A DNA stretch of 34,386 nt from a virus (IMGVR_UViG_3300043173_000268:1-34386), one strand, 5' to 3'. Positions 23,184 to 33,471 are shown, numbered from the stretch's first letter. The notes: generated from the letters alone by a model not told the origin. Numbers and translations are program-made.

Positions 23184-25220
23184 ATGAGTTTTGCAGACGA
23201 AAGAAAATCGATTGAAAACAGATTTAAAACTGAATGGACTAGCACGCCTATTGCCTTTGATAATGTCCCGTTTAACCCACCCGCAAATTCAGATTGGGTA
23301 CGATTAAATATTCAAAATGGCGATAGTGGCTATCGTTCTTTAGAGAGTTCAATAAGGCACACAGGCGTTATTAACGTCCAGATTTTTACACCCGTTAATA
23401 AAGCGACAAAAACAAGTAGACAATACGCCGATATAGTCTCAGATATTTTTAGCGATCAACGTTTTGACGATATAGTGACAGATGTATCAAGCATTAACAT
23501 TATTGATGATGATGATGTTTGGTTGCAAACTAACGTTACTACGCCGTATTATCGAGATGCCGAAAAAATAATCGTGCCAGTGCCTGTATTTAAGCCTTTG
23601 TATGTTTTATTAACCGATAAATTACAAATTAATGTCGATGACCCTGAAATTATTATGTCTGGTGACGTTGATGTAATAACGCCGTCAAGATTAGAAATAA
23701 GTGGGGGCATATCTTGCACATTTAATTACGTTGTTGGCATTGCAGTGTATGTTGATGGCGTTGCCGTGGGTCACGGCGTAAGAGAAAGTGATTGTCATGA
23801 GGATGTTTCTTTTACTCATTATGATGGCTCGGCTATTGTTAATACTGGATTTATGAAATCCTATTCTTACAACATAGCGACAAATGTTTTAGGTGCTGGA
23901 ACTCACAAAATAGAAATAGGCATACTTGGCAAATGGCTTGGTAATTCACACAAAATATACGTAAACGATGCTTCAGTCAGCCACCACCCAAGCAGTAGCA
24001 CTTTGCTTGTTAAAGAATTTAGAGCAATTCCACCACCTGGTGGAGGGGGAATTGCTCCCGAAACACCTGATGCTGTTAATATTGAAATTTATAGCATTGA
24101 AGAATTAGAGGAACATTTTGGTGCAGGTGGAACTTATAGTATTACACAGAATGTAAGTATAACATTCATGGCTGATATTATTATCGACGGAGTATTTAAT
24201 ATTGCGTCAGGTGTAAATTTCATAATGCAGGCAAAGAATCATGCTAGCACAATAATATTTAACAACACTGGCACGATATTTACTCATGCAGGTTCAGGCG
24301 AACTTAGAATAACACAGGGTAAATTTACTTTCAGTGGCAATGGTGCGACATTATTTAATGCGATTGTTACAAATTATATAAATAATTGGACTTCACTTCT
24401 TTGTACTGCACCAAATATTAAGCTAGGTTCTGTAACTGCATCAAGTATTTTCAAAATAGCGAATTCAACTATAATAGGATTCGCAAACGGATATACAATA
24501 TCTGCCAATCTTTTCGTTTTAAATGACGCACTATTACAAACAACATTAGCGACTAGTAATACTGTGATTACATTTGCCAATACAATAGGGCTGCGTGGGG
24601 TGCGTGATAGCGCGTTTGTAATCGGTGCGAATGAAAATATGTTCTACATCCCACAAACAAACACTGCTAAATTTAACATTCAAGGCACTTCGAGTTCGCT
24701 TAATATTGGTAATTTCTTTGAATCTGGCAGTCTAACACAAGTGAGTAAGTACATAAATGTTGAGAACGCAAGCACGCAGATAAGATCAAACACAGGTACT
24801 GCAATGTCAGTTAAAGACAATACAACTAGCACTACTATTGAAACTGGCTGGAATCCATTAAATTTGGGCGCTGTAATCTTGGGTGATTTAAATAGCAGAT
24901 TTGAATTGGTTGACGCTACAACAGGTGAAAGAAAATATGAAGGATTATTTCCTGTGAAAGTGGGTGGATTTTTATCACTGTCTGCTAGTAGATCAGGTGG
25001 TGCAGTGGCACATAGTTTTAGAATGATTAAAACTGTTGATACTAAAGACGACCCTTTAGACGATGTAGAAATGCAAAGAGACATTGGTGTTACTGTTGAA
25101 GCAATATCATTTCCATTTTCAGGAACATTTTACCCTGGCGATCAGTTTAGACCCGAGGTTATGGCTGTCTCAGGCATAACTCCCATTATGATTTCCTCTT
25201 ATTCAGATATTATCCAATAA
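23184..25220 (+). CDS. tail terminator-like domain (~125 aa) fused to a ~550-aa beta-rich extension
   Basis: N-terminal TPIAFDNVPF.PP...WVRL...G...VQIFTP...AD....F...W.Q.NV..PY; directly before the tail tube gene. Confidence 0.75.
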   Translation: MSFADERKSIENRFKTEWTSTPIAFDNVPFNPPANSDWVRLNIQNGDSGYRSLESSIRHTGVINVQIFTPVNKATKTSRQYADIVSDIFSDQRFDDIVTDVSSINIIDDDDVWLQTNVTTPYYRDAEKIIVPVPVFKPLYVLLTDKLQINVDDPEIIMSGDVDVITPSRLEISGGISCTFNYVVGIAVYVDGVAVGHGVRESDCHEDVSFTHYDGSAIVNTGFMKSYSYNIATNVLGAGTHKIEIGILGKWLGNSHKIYVNDASVSHHPSSSTLLVKEFRAIPPPGGGGIAPETPDAVNIEIYSIEELEEHFGAGGTYSITQNVSITFMADIIIDGVFNIASGVNFIMQAKNHASTIIFNNTGTIFTHAGSGELRITQGKFTFSGNGATLFNAIVTNYINNWTSLLCTAPNIKLGSVTASSIFKIANSTIIGFANGYTISANLFVLNDALLQTTLATSNTVITFANTIGLRGVRDSAFVIGANENMFYIPQTNTAKFNIQGTSSSLNIGNFFESGSLTQVSKYINVENASTQIRSNTGTAMSVKDNTTSTTIETGWNPLNLGAVILGDLNSRFELVDATTGERKYEGLFPVKVGGFLSLSASRSGGAVAHSFRMIKTVDTKDDPLDDVEMQRDIGVTVEAISFPFSGTFYPGDQFRPEVMAVSGITPIMISSYSDIIQ

Positions 25221-25295
25221 AATAATGAATTTATTAAATGAGATGGTCGGTGCGGTTTAAAGAGTAAAATAATTTAAAACAATAGGGGTAAAAAA

Positions 25296-25688
25296 ATGGC
25301 TTCATATAAAGGTTGTAAAGGGCGTATTAAAATCGATGGAAACACTATATCTGAGGTTCGTGATTGGAATTTGGAAGAAACGATTGAGATATTAGATGCC
25401 TCATCAATGAACTCATGCGATAAAGTGAAAAAGGCTGGTATGAAAGACGGCACGGGCAGCATTAATTGCTTATGGGACGATTTAGACACGCTGGGGCAAG
25501 GTTCGGCAGTTGTCGGTGCTGAGGTTGAATTAACTCTATTTCCAAAAGGCGATTCAGCGGGTGATACGGTGGTTACTTTTGATGCAATTATTTCATCAGT
25601 TGGCGTTTCTGCTAGTTTTGACGGCTTGGTTGAAAAACCCGTATCTTTTGAGTCAACGGGTGGAATTGTTTGGGGGACTGTTCAATGA
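25296..25688 (+). CDS. major tail tube protein
   Basis: G..G.IKI...I.EVR.W.LE......D.S.M...G.KD..GSI..LWD. Confidence 0.85.
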   Translation: MASYKGCKGRIKIDGNTISEVRDWNLEETIEILDASSMNSCDKVKKAGMKDGTGSINCLWDDLDTLGQGSAVVGAEVELTLFPKGDSAGDTVVTFDAIISSVGVSASFDGLVEKPVSFESTGGIVWGTVQ

Positions 25689-26005
25689 GTATTATCGATA
25701 AAGCAAAGGCTCATTTTGACAAAATCGGGGCTAAAAAGATTAAAATTCCTGAATGGGATTCAGTTATTTACGCCACACCGCTTACGCTTGATGAAAAACG
25801 TATTTTAGTTAAATTTTCAGATGGTAGTAATGCTGAATTTGGGGCTAGAATGATAATTATGAAGTCAATGGACAAAGATGGAAAAAAAGTCTTCGATTTA
25901 GACGATAAGGCCGCATTAATGGGTAGAACCCACTCAGGCGTAATTGAGTACATTGTTTCTGAAATTAACGACGTTAATTCACTGGAAAAAATCGAGGAAA
26001 AGTAA
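25685..26005 (+). CDS. tail assembly chaperone (gpG-like)
   Basis: I.IPEW...IY..PLTL.E; between tube and tape measure; ends at G GAA AAG TAA. Confidence 0.85.
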   Translation: MSIIDKAKAHFDKIGAKKIKIPEWDSVIYATPLTLDEKRILVKFSDGSNAEFGARMIIMKSMDKDGKKVFDLDDKAALMGRTHSGVIEYIVSEINDVNSLEKIEEK

Positions 26006-26169
26006 GAAGCGACACAGAGTTATACAACATGTATTCACTAGCTAGTCGCTTAAATAAAACGCTTGGTGAAATTGGTGATATGACCCAAATTGAATTTTAC
26101 GGATGGATTGCTTTTTTTAAGATTTCAAAGGAAAACGATGTCAACAGAAATAACGACCTTAGGCATTAA
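25996..26169 (+). CDS. tail assembly chaperone extension (gpGT-like) reached by -1 frameshift
   Basis: Slippery GGAAAAG (25996-26002); the -1 frame reads KVRSDTELYNMYSLASRLNKTLGEIGDMTQIEFYGWIAFF...*. Confidence 0.8.
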   Translation, partial: GKVRSDTELYNMYSLASRLNKTLGEIGDMTQIEFYGWIAFFKISKENDVNRNNDLRH

Positions 26170-27889
26170 AGTAACCACCAAGGGCACAGCCAAAGCCAAA
26201 AAAGAGATTAAAAGCATTGGCGTAGTAGCTGATAAGATTAAAAAATCATTGGGTTCACTTTTAGTTGGTGGCATTGCAATATCGGGTGCACGAAAAGCAA
26301 TTCAAGCATTTAAAATGCAGGAACAAGCGATTGCTAAGTTAGGCGCTTCGATTAAATCAATGAACCGTGTGACACCTGATCTAAGTTCAAACTTACAAGA
26401 TTTAGCAAGCCAAATTCAAAGACAGGGAATAATTGGTGACGAAGCATTACTTGAAGGCGCTTCATTCTTAACAACTTATTCCGCAATTACTGATGACCTT
26501 TTGCCTCGCACAATGCGAATTATGTCCGATTTCGCTGCTAAGATGGGCGGTAATACGGTACAAGCAGCGAACTTATTGGGCAAGGCTTCAATGGGGCTTA
26601 CGGGTGAATTATCACGCATGGGTATCACGCTAAGCCGTGAAGCCAAAAAGACTAAAAATTTCAAGTTAATTTTAAGCGAAATTGAGGAACAAGTCCAAGG
26701 CATGAACAGGGCTTTGGCGGCTACAGATACGGGTAAATTAACGCAGGTATCTAATGCGTTTGGTGATTTGCAAGAAATTTTAGGAAAGGAAATTGTAAGC
26801 AATTTAGCCCCGATTTTAGTCGGAATTACTAACGAAGCTTTAAATGCAAAGATTGCACTTGATGGCTTTAATCAAACGCAATTAGAAACAGCTAAATTCG
26901 GAACGATGTTAGCTGAAGTATTTGGGCGTGTGTGGGAGGCTTCTTTTTTAAACCAAGGCATAAAGGCTATGCGGTTTATGGCTGATGGATTATCTCAGTT
27001 AAACGATAACGCTAATAAATTTAGAATGACTTTAGACGGTATCGCAGATATGAGTGATTTTGAAAAATCCATGAAAATGAACGTTGAATTTGCAGAAGCA
27101 GAACGGTCAAAAGAAAATTTAAAACAAGACATAATAAGAAAACAAGAATCGGATGTAGATAAAATCATCGGTGACGTGATATTTATGACTGAGAAACTCA
27201 CTAAAAAAAGGACAGCATTAGAAAAAATAACCGATGCTCAGGTGGTGTCTGAGAAAATATTGGGTGAGAAACTCAAAAATTCAAAAATAACGCTCGGGCA
27301 ATACACCGAAGGCATTAATATGATGAAAACGGAAATTCAGAATTATAATGATGTTGTTGAGCAGATTGCTTTTGACAAAAAAGTAGAAAAAATGGCTCAA
27401 AGCATGGAGGACTCAATTACGACTTCATTAATGAATATGGGTCAAGGTTTAAACTCATTTAAAGACCTTGCGAAAGGGATTTTTAGAGGCATTGCGTTAG
27501 ACATGGTGCGTATGCAAATATCAAAGCCAATATCGGGTGCTATATCAGGTTTTATTGGCAATACTTTTGGCTCAATGTTTGGTGCACCCAGTGGAGGTAT
27601 GCCACACGCCACCTTCGCTGGCGGCGGTTTCACTGGCACTGGCTCACGCAGTGGCGGTGTTGATAATCAAGGCGGTTTTCCAGCAATTTTGCACCCAAAC
27701 GAGACGATTATAGACCATACCAAAGGTGGACAAACTGGCGGAAATACAAATATTACCGTACATTATTCGCCACAAGTCAACGCCCTAGACCCTAGAACCG
27801 CCGCTAATGTCATTGCAGAAAACGCTCCCGTGGTTGTGGGTATCATTAGACAAGCGTTCAATCGAACAGGTCAATCCATTGGTATTTAA
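26138..27889 (+). CDS. tape measure protein (583 aa)
   Basis: MSTEITTLGIKV start; helical Ala/Gly-rich; C-terminal FAGGGFTG.G.RSGGVD.QGGFPAILHPNE. Confidence 0.92.
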   Translation: MSTEITTLGIKVTTKGTAKAKKEIKSIGVVADKIKKSLGSLLVGGIAISGARKAIQAFKMQEQAIAKLGASIKSMNRVTPDLSSNLQDLASQIQRQGIIGDEALLEGASFLTTYSAITDDLLPRTMRIMSDFAAKMGGNTVQAANLLGKASMGLTGELSRMGITLSREAKKTKNFKLILSEIEEQVQGMNRALAATDTGKLTQVSNAFGDLQEILGKEIVSNLAPILVGITNEALNAKIALDGFNQTQLETAKFGTMLAEVFGRVWEASFLNQGIKAMRFMADGLSQLNDNANKFRMTLDGIADMSDFEKSMKMNVEFAEAERSKENLKQDIIRKQESDVDKIIGDVIFMTEKLTKKRTALEKITDAQVVSEKILGEKLKNSKITLGQYTEGINMMKTEIQNYNDVVEQIAFDKKVEKMAQSMEDSITTSLMNMGQGLNSFKDLAKGIFRGIALDMVRMQISKPISGAISGFIGNTFGSMFGAPSGGMPHATFAGGGFTGTGSRSGGVDNQGGFPAILHPNETIIDHTKGGQTGGNTNITVHYSPQVNALDPRTAANVIAENAPVVVGIIRQAFNRTGQSIGI

Positions 27890-28453
27890 ATGTTCCCAAT
27901 AACCCCAAAACCGTCCAGTATCGCAATTACAAGCATTAGCCCTACGTTAGTTAGCCTAACGCACTCACTAAAGAGGCAGGTGAGGCGTAGAGGTGGGCAA
28001 AGATGGTTAATCGATGTTAAATATCCGCTCCTTTCACGAGAGGAATTTGCCCCAATTTGGGCTTTTTCAATCGCTCAACAAGGGCAGTTTAAAACTTTTG
28101 AATATACGCCAATAATTTACAACGCCACAAGTGGCACAGCCACTGGCTCAATAATTGCTGATGGAGCATATACAGCAGGCGATAGCATTATCTCAACAAC
28201 TGGCTTAACTGGCACGCTTAAAGCTGGTGATTTTATTAAATTTGATGGGCATGATAAAGTTTATATGATAACAATCGATGGGGCTACAACGCTAAACATT
28301 GAGCCAGCATTAATAGCAGACGTAGCAGATTTAGAAGCTATTATTTACAACGATGTGCCGTTTAAAGTGGCATTTACAAACGACACAACTAAAATGAGCG
28401 TTGCGGTAAATAAATACGTTAGTTATAACATTAAATTGGTTGAAATTGTCTAA
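27890..28453 (+). CDS. distal tail protein
   Basis: Follows the tape measure; R..GGQRW....YP, LKAGDFIKF.GH.KVY, I.PAL. Confidence 0.75.
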   Translation: MFPITPKPSSIAITSISPTLVSLTHSLKRQVRRRGGQRWLIDVKYPLLSREEFAPIWAFSIAQQGQFKTFEYTPIIYNATSGTATGSIIADGAYTAGDSIISTTGLTGTLKAGDFIKFDGHDKVYMITIDGATTLNIEPALIADVADLEAIIYNDVPFKVAFTNDTTKMSVAVNKYVSYNIKLVEIV

Positions 28454-29025
28454 TGGATAGAGGTTCGAGTTTAGCCTTTCAAAACGAGGTAATTAAGCCT
28501 GAAAATATGCCCGTGCATTTAGTATCTGTGCATTTAGACAGCGAAACTCTTTATATGAACGATAGTTACAAGACCATCAATTATGACGGAAATGACTATC
28601 TAGGCGTGGGTTATTTTTTGGGCTTTAGCGACATTGAGGAGGCTTCGGAAGTTGTTGTATCATCGATGACTTTATCATTGAGCGGCATAGACAAAACTAT
28701 GATAATTTTAATCATGAATAATGATTATATCAATCGAATTATTAAAGTCTGGACTGCATTTTTAGATGTTGATAGCCACGCACTTATTATAGACCCAGTG
28801 CTTATTTTTGAAGGTCATATCGACAGTCCTACAATTAGCGAAGACCCTGACGGCGGAAAATCAACTATATCAGTATCTGCCACCAACGCGTGGGCGGATT
28901 TTGACAGAAAAACAGGCAGGCACGGCAACAATGAGGAGCAACAAGTATTTTTTCCAGGCGATAGGGGTTTTGAATTTGCAGACCAAAATACTGCTAATAT
29001 AATTTGGGGCAAAAAGAATAAATGA
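28453..29025 (+). CDS. minor tail / baseplate hub protein (DUF2163-like)
   Basis: Y.GVG..LGFS.IEE, L.LSGID, IFEG.ID, QQ.FFPGD.GFEF. Confidence 0.78.
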   Translation: MDRGSSLAFQNEVIKPENMPVHLVSVHLDSETLYMNDSYKTINYDGNDYLGVGYFLGFSDIEEASEVVVSSMTLSLSGIDKTMIILIMNNDYINRIIKVWTAFLDVDSHALIIDPVLIFEGHIDSPTISEDPDGGKSTISVSATNAWADFDRKTGRHGNNEEQQVFFPGDRGFEFADQNTANIIWGKKNK

Positions 29026-29441
29026 ACAAAGAATTAAAACTAATTAAATACATTGAGAGCCAAATAGGCGTTCCCTTTAAGTACGGGAAAAATGACTGTC
29101 CCGCATTTATCGCAGGGGCGATTGATGCCATGCACGGCACAAATTTACGTAAAAAATATACAGGGCTTTGGCATGACCAAAAGAGTGCTTGGAAATATGC
29201 TAAAAAAAACGGCAGTTTAGCAGAGCAATTAAAAAAATTAGGTTGTAAACCTATCGAATTTCCATTTATTCAAACGGGCGATATTATCATTATGGAGCAA
29301 AAATTAGCACATGAAAAAAAATGGCATTCAGCGGCCGTATTTACAAGTTCTAAAGTAGCCATCATCACAGATGTCAACGGAGTAGAAATAATACCACTTA
29401 GCAAAGTCCCAAATATCTGCGAGGTGCTTAGATGGCTGTAG
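29022..29441 (+). CDS. NlpC/P60-like tail-tip peptidase
   Basis: PFKYG.NDC..F catalytic Cys motif; GDI...H. Confidence 0.8.
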   Translation: MNKELKLIKYIESQIGVPFKYGKNDCPAFIAGAIDAMHGTNLRKKYTGLWHDQKSAWKYAKKNGSLAEQLKKLGCKPIEFPFIQTGDIIIMEQKLAHEKKWHSAAVFTSSKVAIITDVNGVEIIPLSKVPNICEVLRWL

Positions 29442-31165
29442 TGATAAGTGCAATTGCTGGAGTAGGTGCTACTACATATGTGGAAGGACTTATTGCTTCG
29501 CAATTTCTTGCTGCCCTTGCAGGTGCAGTTGTATCAGGCATTGTTGGCAGTGCATTAATTAGCAGGCCCAGTGTGGGTAATTTCAACGCACAAGCAACCA
29601 GTATTTTATTAAACAAACAATCTAACAACGAGCCAATACCTGTTATTTATGGTACACGTAGAGTAGGGGGTACGGTTGTGTGGCTATATACACACGGGGA
29701 TATTACAACAGATGAGAGCGTGCCATTACCAACTGACCGAAAATATTTAACTGCATTTTTAGTAGTTTCAGAAGGCGAAATTGAAAGTTATGAGGGGTTT
29801 TGGTTTAGCGGGCGGCCGTCTACTGATTTTAAATTTATTAATGATTTATGGATTGAGGAACGTTACGGCACTGAAGACCAAATTGGTTTTAGTAGAATAA
29901 CTAAAGTTATGCCAGATTATGGCGAAAACACTCATAGGCTGGCAGGTACAGCCTATCTTTGGGTCACTATGTTTTACAATGCAACACATACTGTTTACCC
30001 AGAGGGAGTGCCTGTTATTAACACTTTAGTCAAGGGTGTTAAAACATTTGACCCACGCTCAAGCCTTATTGAGTGGAGTGATAATCCCATTTTATGCGTT
30101 CGAGATTATTTAACACATGAGAGATATGGGAGGGGCATTGATGCTTCATTAATTGACGATGCTTCATTTACAATAGCCGCTAATTATTGTGACGAATTAG
30201 TGGCTTATAATGGCATTGATTCAATAAAACGCTATACGTGCAACGGCGTGGCTGAAACTCAAAACAGCTCACTAAGTATCATCAAGCAATTATTATCGTC
30301 ATGCAGAGGCTTGTTGATATTTTCAGGTGGACTTTATAAGATAATAATCGATAAGCCCGAGATAGCTGTTTTCACATTTTCCGAGGATAATATTATCGGC
30401 GGTTGGAAAATCAAATTAGGCGATAAAAAAAGTAAATTTAACAGAATAAGGGCTAATTTTTTCAATGAAAGTAAAGAATTTCAGGCTGATATTGCTGTAG
30501 TAGATAAGCCAGATTTAAGAAGTTTAGACGGCGGTTTATTAGAAATAATGATTGACTTGCCATTTACTAGCGACATTATAAGAGCCAAAGCCATTGCATT
30601 TTTTAACCTCAATCAATCAAGATACCCCATAACTTGCGAATTTACCTCAACCATCGAGGCATTACGTGTTGAAGTGGGCGATGTTGTTTATATCAATCAC
30701 AAAACGCCAGCATGGGACACGCATAACTCTAATTTAGGCAAGAAGTTTAGAATTATGCGGGTCACTTTGCAAAATAATGACGAAGTCCGAATAATGGCAA
30801 ATGAGTACGCAGATGAGGTTTATGATTTAGATATTATTGACCCGCCTTTTATCCCGTCAAAAATTGACATCAATGACCTATCTGTTTGTTTGCCACCGAC
30901 TAATTTATTTGTTAAACAAACAGTAGTAGCGTTAATTACTGGGGATCATAGAGTGGAAATTGAGGTAAGTTGGGATGCCTCACCCGATGATTTTATTGTT
31001 AATTATGAAATTGCTTTTAAATTTCAATATGAATCGAACTGGTTGGAAACGCAACTTACTGATAATCTTTTTTGGAACTCGATTGCTCCACGAACAACAG
31101 AATATCTTGACATAAAAATCAGATCTGTCAACACGATTGGCGTAAAGTCAATTTGGCTAGAATAA
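29432..31165 (+). CDS. tail tip / host specificity protein (gpJ-like), N-terminal part
   Basis: PIPVIYG.RRVGG, VKG.K..DPR, SDNP.LC..DYL...RYG, RY.CNG; FnIII-like end. Confidence 0.9.
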   Translation: MAVVISAIAGVGATTYVEGLIASQFLAALAGAVVSGIVGSALISRPSVGNFNAQATSILLNKQSNNEPIPVIYGTRRVGGTVVWLYTHGDITTDESVPLPTDRKYLTAFLVVSEGEIESYEGFWFSGRPSTDFKFINDLWIEERYGTEDQIGFSRITKVMPDYGENTHRLAGTAYLWVTMFYNATHTVYPEGVPVINTLVKGVKTFDPRSSLIEWSDNPILCVRDYLTHERYGRGIDASLIDDASFTIAANYCDELVAYNGIDSIKRYTCNGVAETQNSSLSIIKQLLSSCRGLLIFSGGLYKIIIDKPEIAVFTFSEDNIIGGWKIKLGDKKSKFNRIRANFFNESKEFQADIAVVDKPDLRSLDGGLLEIMIDLPFTSDIIRAKAIAFFNLNQSRYPITCEFTSTIEALRVEVGDVVYINHKTPAWDTHNSNLGKKFRIMRVTLQNNDEVRIMANEYADEVYDLDIIDPPFIPSKIDINDLSVCLPPTNLFVKQTVVALITGDHRVEIEVSWDASPDDFIVNYEIAFKFQYESNWLETQLTDNLFWNSIAPRTTEYLDIKIRSVNTIGVKSIWLE

Positions 31166-32190
31166 TGATTATCGTTATTAAAGGCTTGCCCAATCCATCA
31201 ACTGTTTCCAACTTAGCAATAATTACTCTAAATAATACTGCTTTTTTAACATGGGATTTAGCCCCTGATTTTGACGTAAGGACAAGTGGCAGTGTTATAT
31301 TTCGATATTCTCACGAACTAAGTGGGGCTGTTTGGGAAAATTCTATCGAATTAAAAACAATAGCCGCAGGTCAAAGTACCAGCGTTAATTTACCGTTGCT
31401 AATTGGTACGTATTTGGCTAAGTTTGTTGATAGTCAGGGCGGTCAATCGATTAACGCCGCTTCAGTAGTAGTTGAAAAAATTACCAACATTATTCACATG
31501 AACTTGGTTCAAACTATCGACCAAGAACCCACTTTTTCAGGCGTTAAAAACAATATGGTAGTGGTTGCTGATAATTTGCAATTTGATGTTAATGGCGGCG
31601 ATTTATATCAATTTGGCTCATATCATTTTGATAATTATATGACTGGCGGATTTATCCAAACCGTTAGAATTATTATCAATATGTCTCTAAATGCCACTAA
31701 CCTAGCTGATTTTATCGATGAAAGACTGGATTTTGTAGACACATGGGATATTATTGATAATCCGCCTGCAAATGTTGCCGTTGAGACGTTTATATCAACC
31801 ACTGATGATGACCCAGCAGGAAGCCCTGTTTGGAGTCCGTGGAAGCATTTTACAATCGCTGATTATACCACCAGAGCCGTTAAATTTAAATTAGAAGCCT
31901 CAGCAGACCTTAACCATCAAATACAAATATCAGAATTATCAGCCTCTATTGAATTGCCAGACAGAACGGAAACGCAGAGACAAATAACATCAGGCACAAC
32001 AACCAAGACAATCACTTATTTAACTAAATTTTCCATCTCACCAATCGTTACAATTACGCCCGTTGATATGATGACTGGGGATTATTTCACAATTTCAAAT
32101 GAAAGTAGTTCATCATTTGATATAGATTTTTACAATTCAAGCGATGTTGCAATTAGCAGAGTTTTTAACTACAATTCAACGGGATATTAA
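31165..32190 (+). CDS. tail tip protein, C-terminal FnIII-like part
   Basis: TAATG coupling at 31163-31167; P..V.NL...LTWD...D.DV..G, GTYLAKFVDS.G..S, WSPW..F. Confidence 0.8.
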   Translation: MIIVIKGLPNPSTVSNLAIITLNNTAFLTWDLAPDFDVRTSGSVIFRYSHELSGAVWENSIELKTIAAGQSTSVNLPLLIGTYLAKFVDSQGGQSINAASVVVEKITNIIHMNLVQTIDQEPTFSGVKNNMVVVADNLQFDVNGGDLYQFGSYHFDNYMTGGFIQTVRIIINMSLNATNLADFIDERLDFVDTWDIIDNPPANVAVETFISTTDDDPAGSPVWSPWKHFTIADYTTRAVKFKLEASADLNHQIQISELSASIELPDRTETQRQITSGTTTKTITYLTKFSISPIVTITPVDMMTGDYFTISNESSSSFDIDFYNSSDVAISRVFNYNSTGY

Positions 32191-32279
32191 TAATAAAGTA
32201 GTTATTCGGGATTTCCGAACAACTCAACATTAACTGGTATGTGCATAATTTGCACACACCACTTTTAGGAGTAATAACC

Positions 32280-33395
32280 ATGGCAACAAACGATTACGTC
32301 ATTGACAACCAAACAGGTGCTAACTTTAGAGCAGATATTAACACCGTGCTATCTGCCATTGTTAGCAATAATTCTAACGCCACAGAGCCAACAACTACGT
32401 ACGCTTTCATGTGGTGGGCAGATACTACCGCAGGCATTTTAAAACAAAGAAATTCATCAAATTCGGCATGGGTAAAGATTTTAGATTTAACGACTGGGGC
32501 TAGCGTAGCGACAGGAATCAATGATTTAACTAATGCGGTTTCAGACGATGCTTTAGGAGTCATAGGAATAGGGTTTGACGTTTTCTCAAATTTAACTACA
32601 GGTCATGCTAATGCAGGTTTTGGATATGTTGCTTTAGTAGATCTTATTACTGGCTGGGGCAATAGTGGATTTGGCAATTCAGCACTTAGGAAAGCTACAA
32701 CAGGATATGAAAACTCAGGATTTGGATTTGGTGCTTTATTCAATCTCTTGGATGGTTATAGAAATGTGGCAATAGGCAATGATGCAGGAAATAACATTAC
32801 AAATGAAAATAATACTATAACAATAGGTTATGGCGTTGCGTCAATAGGCTCAAATTATTTCACAATGGGCAAAGGTGTTGCCTCAGACCGAGTTTACAAC
32901 GAATTTACCGCTAACGCTACTTGGACGCGAGTATCTGATCAGCGAGTAAAGAAAGAGATTGAGACTAACGAGGATTGTGGTTTAGGCTTTATTAACGATT
33001 TGCGAACCGTCATTTATAAATTCAAAGCACCCAGCGAGTTAGCCCCTGAGATGAGCGAATATGACAAAGATAACGACATTCCATCGCATGACAAGCCTAT
33101 GTATGGATTTATCGCTCAAGAGGTTAAACGGGCGTTAGATAAGCACGGGATAAAAAACTTCGCAGGACATCATCAGATAAAGGATGGCAAGGATAATCTA
33201 CAAGGAATTAGTTATGAGATGTTTGTCATGCCATTGGTTAAGGCTGTTCAAGAATTATCAGCCAAAAACCAAAAGTTAGAAACTAAAATAAGTGATATGC
33301 TGGAAAGACTAGAAGCACTTGAAACTAATCCAGTTATAAATATGCCTAGTAATAGGTCAGCATTTGACAGTGGTAATATAGATACTGGTGTATAA
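32280..33395 (+). CDS. tail fibre with C-terminal peptidase S74 intramolecular chaperone
   Basis: AGGAG RBS; DYVI.NQ.GA.FRAD.N anchor; N.G.G..AL 14-residue repeats; SD.RVKK.I...GFIAQEV...Y.....PLVKAVQEL. Confidence 0.9.
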   Translation: MATNDYVIDNQTGANFRADINTVLSAIVSNNSNATEPTTTYAFMWWADTTAGILKQRNSSNSAWVKILDLTTGASVATGINDLTNAVSDDALGVIGIGFDVFSNLTTGHANAGFGYVALVDLITGWGNSGFGNSALRKATTGYENSGFGFGALFNLLDGYRNVAIGNDAGNNITNENNTITIGYGVASIGSNYFTMGKGVASDRVYNEFTANATWTRVSDQRVKKEIETNEDCGLGFINDLRTVIYKFKAPSELAPEMSEYDKDNDIPSHDKPMYGFIAQEVKRALDKHGIKNFAGHHQIKDGKDNLQGISYEMFVMPLVKAVQELSAKNQKLETKISDMLERLEALETNPVINMPSNRSAFDSGNIDTGV

Positions 33396-33471
33396 ATAAT
33401 AAATGGAGCGGTTGGAAGTTTTAGAAAAATAAATAACCACCATTTTCCCGAGGTCGGTAAAATGGTGGTTA

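Noticed and set aside
26090-26137. TTG start for the tape measure gene at 26090
   Set aside because: This stretch encodes the chaperone extension in another frame; ATG 26138 has an AAGGA RBS and a typical N-terminus.
23184-33395. Diversity-generating retroelement or invertase-driven tail fibre switching
   Set aside because: I saw no reverse transcriptase, invertase, template/variable repeat pair or inverted fibre cassette.
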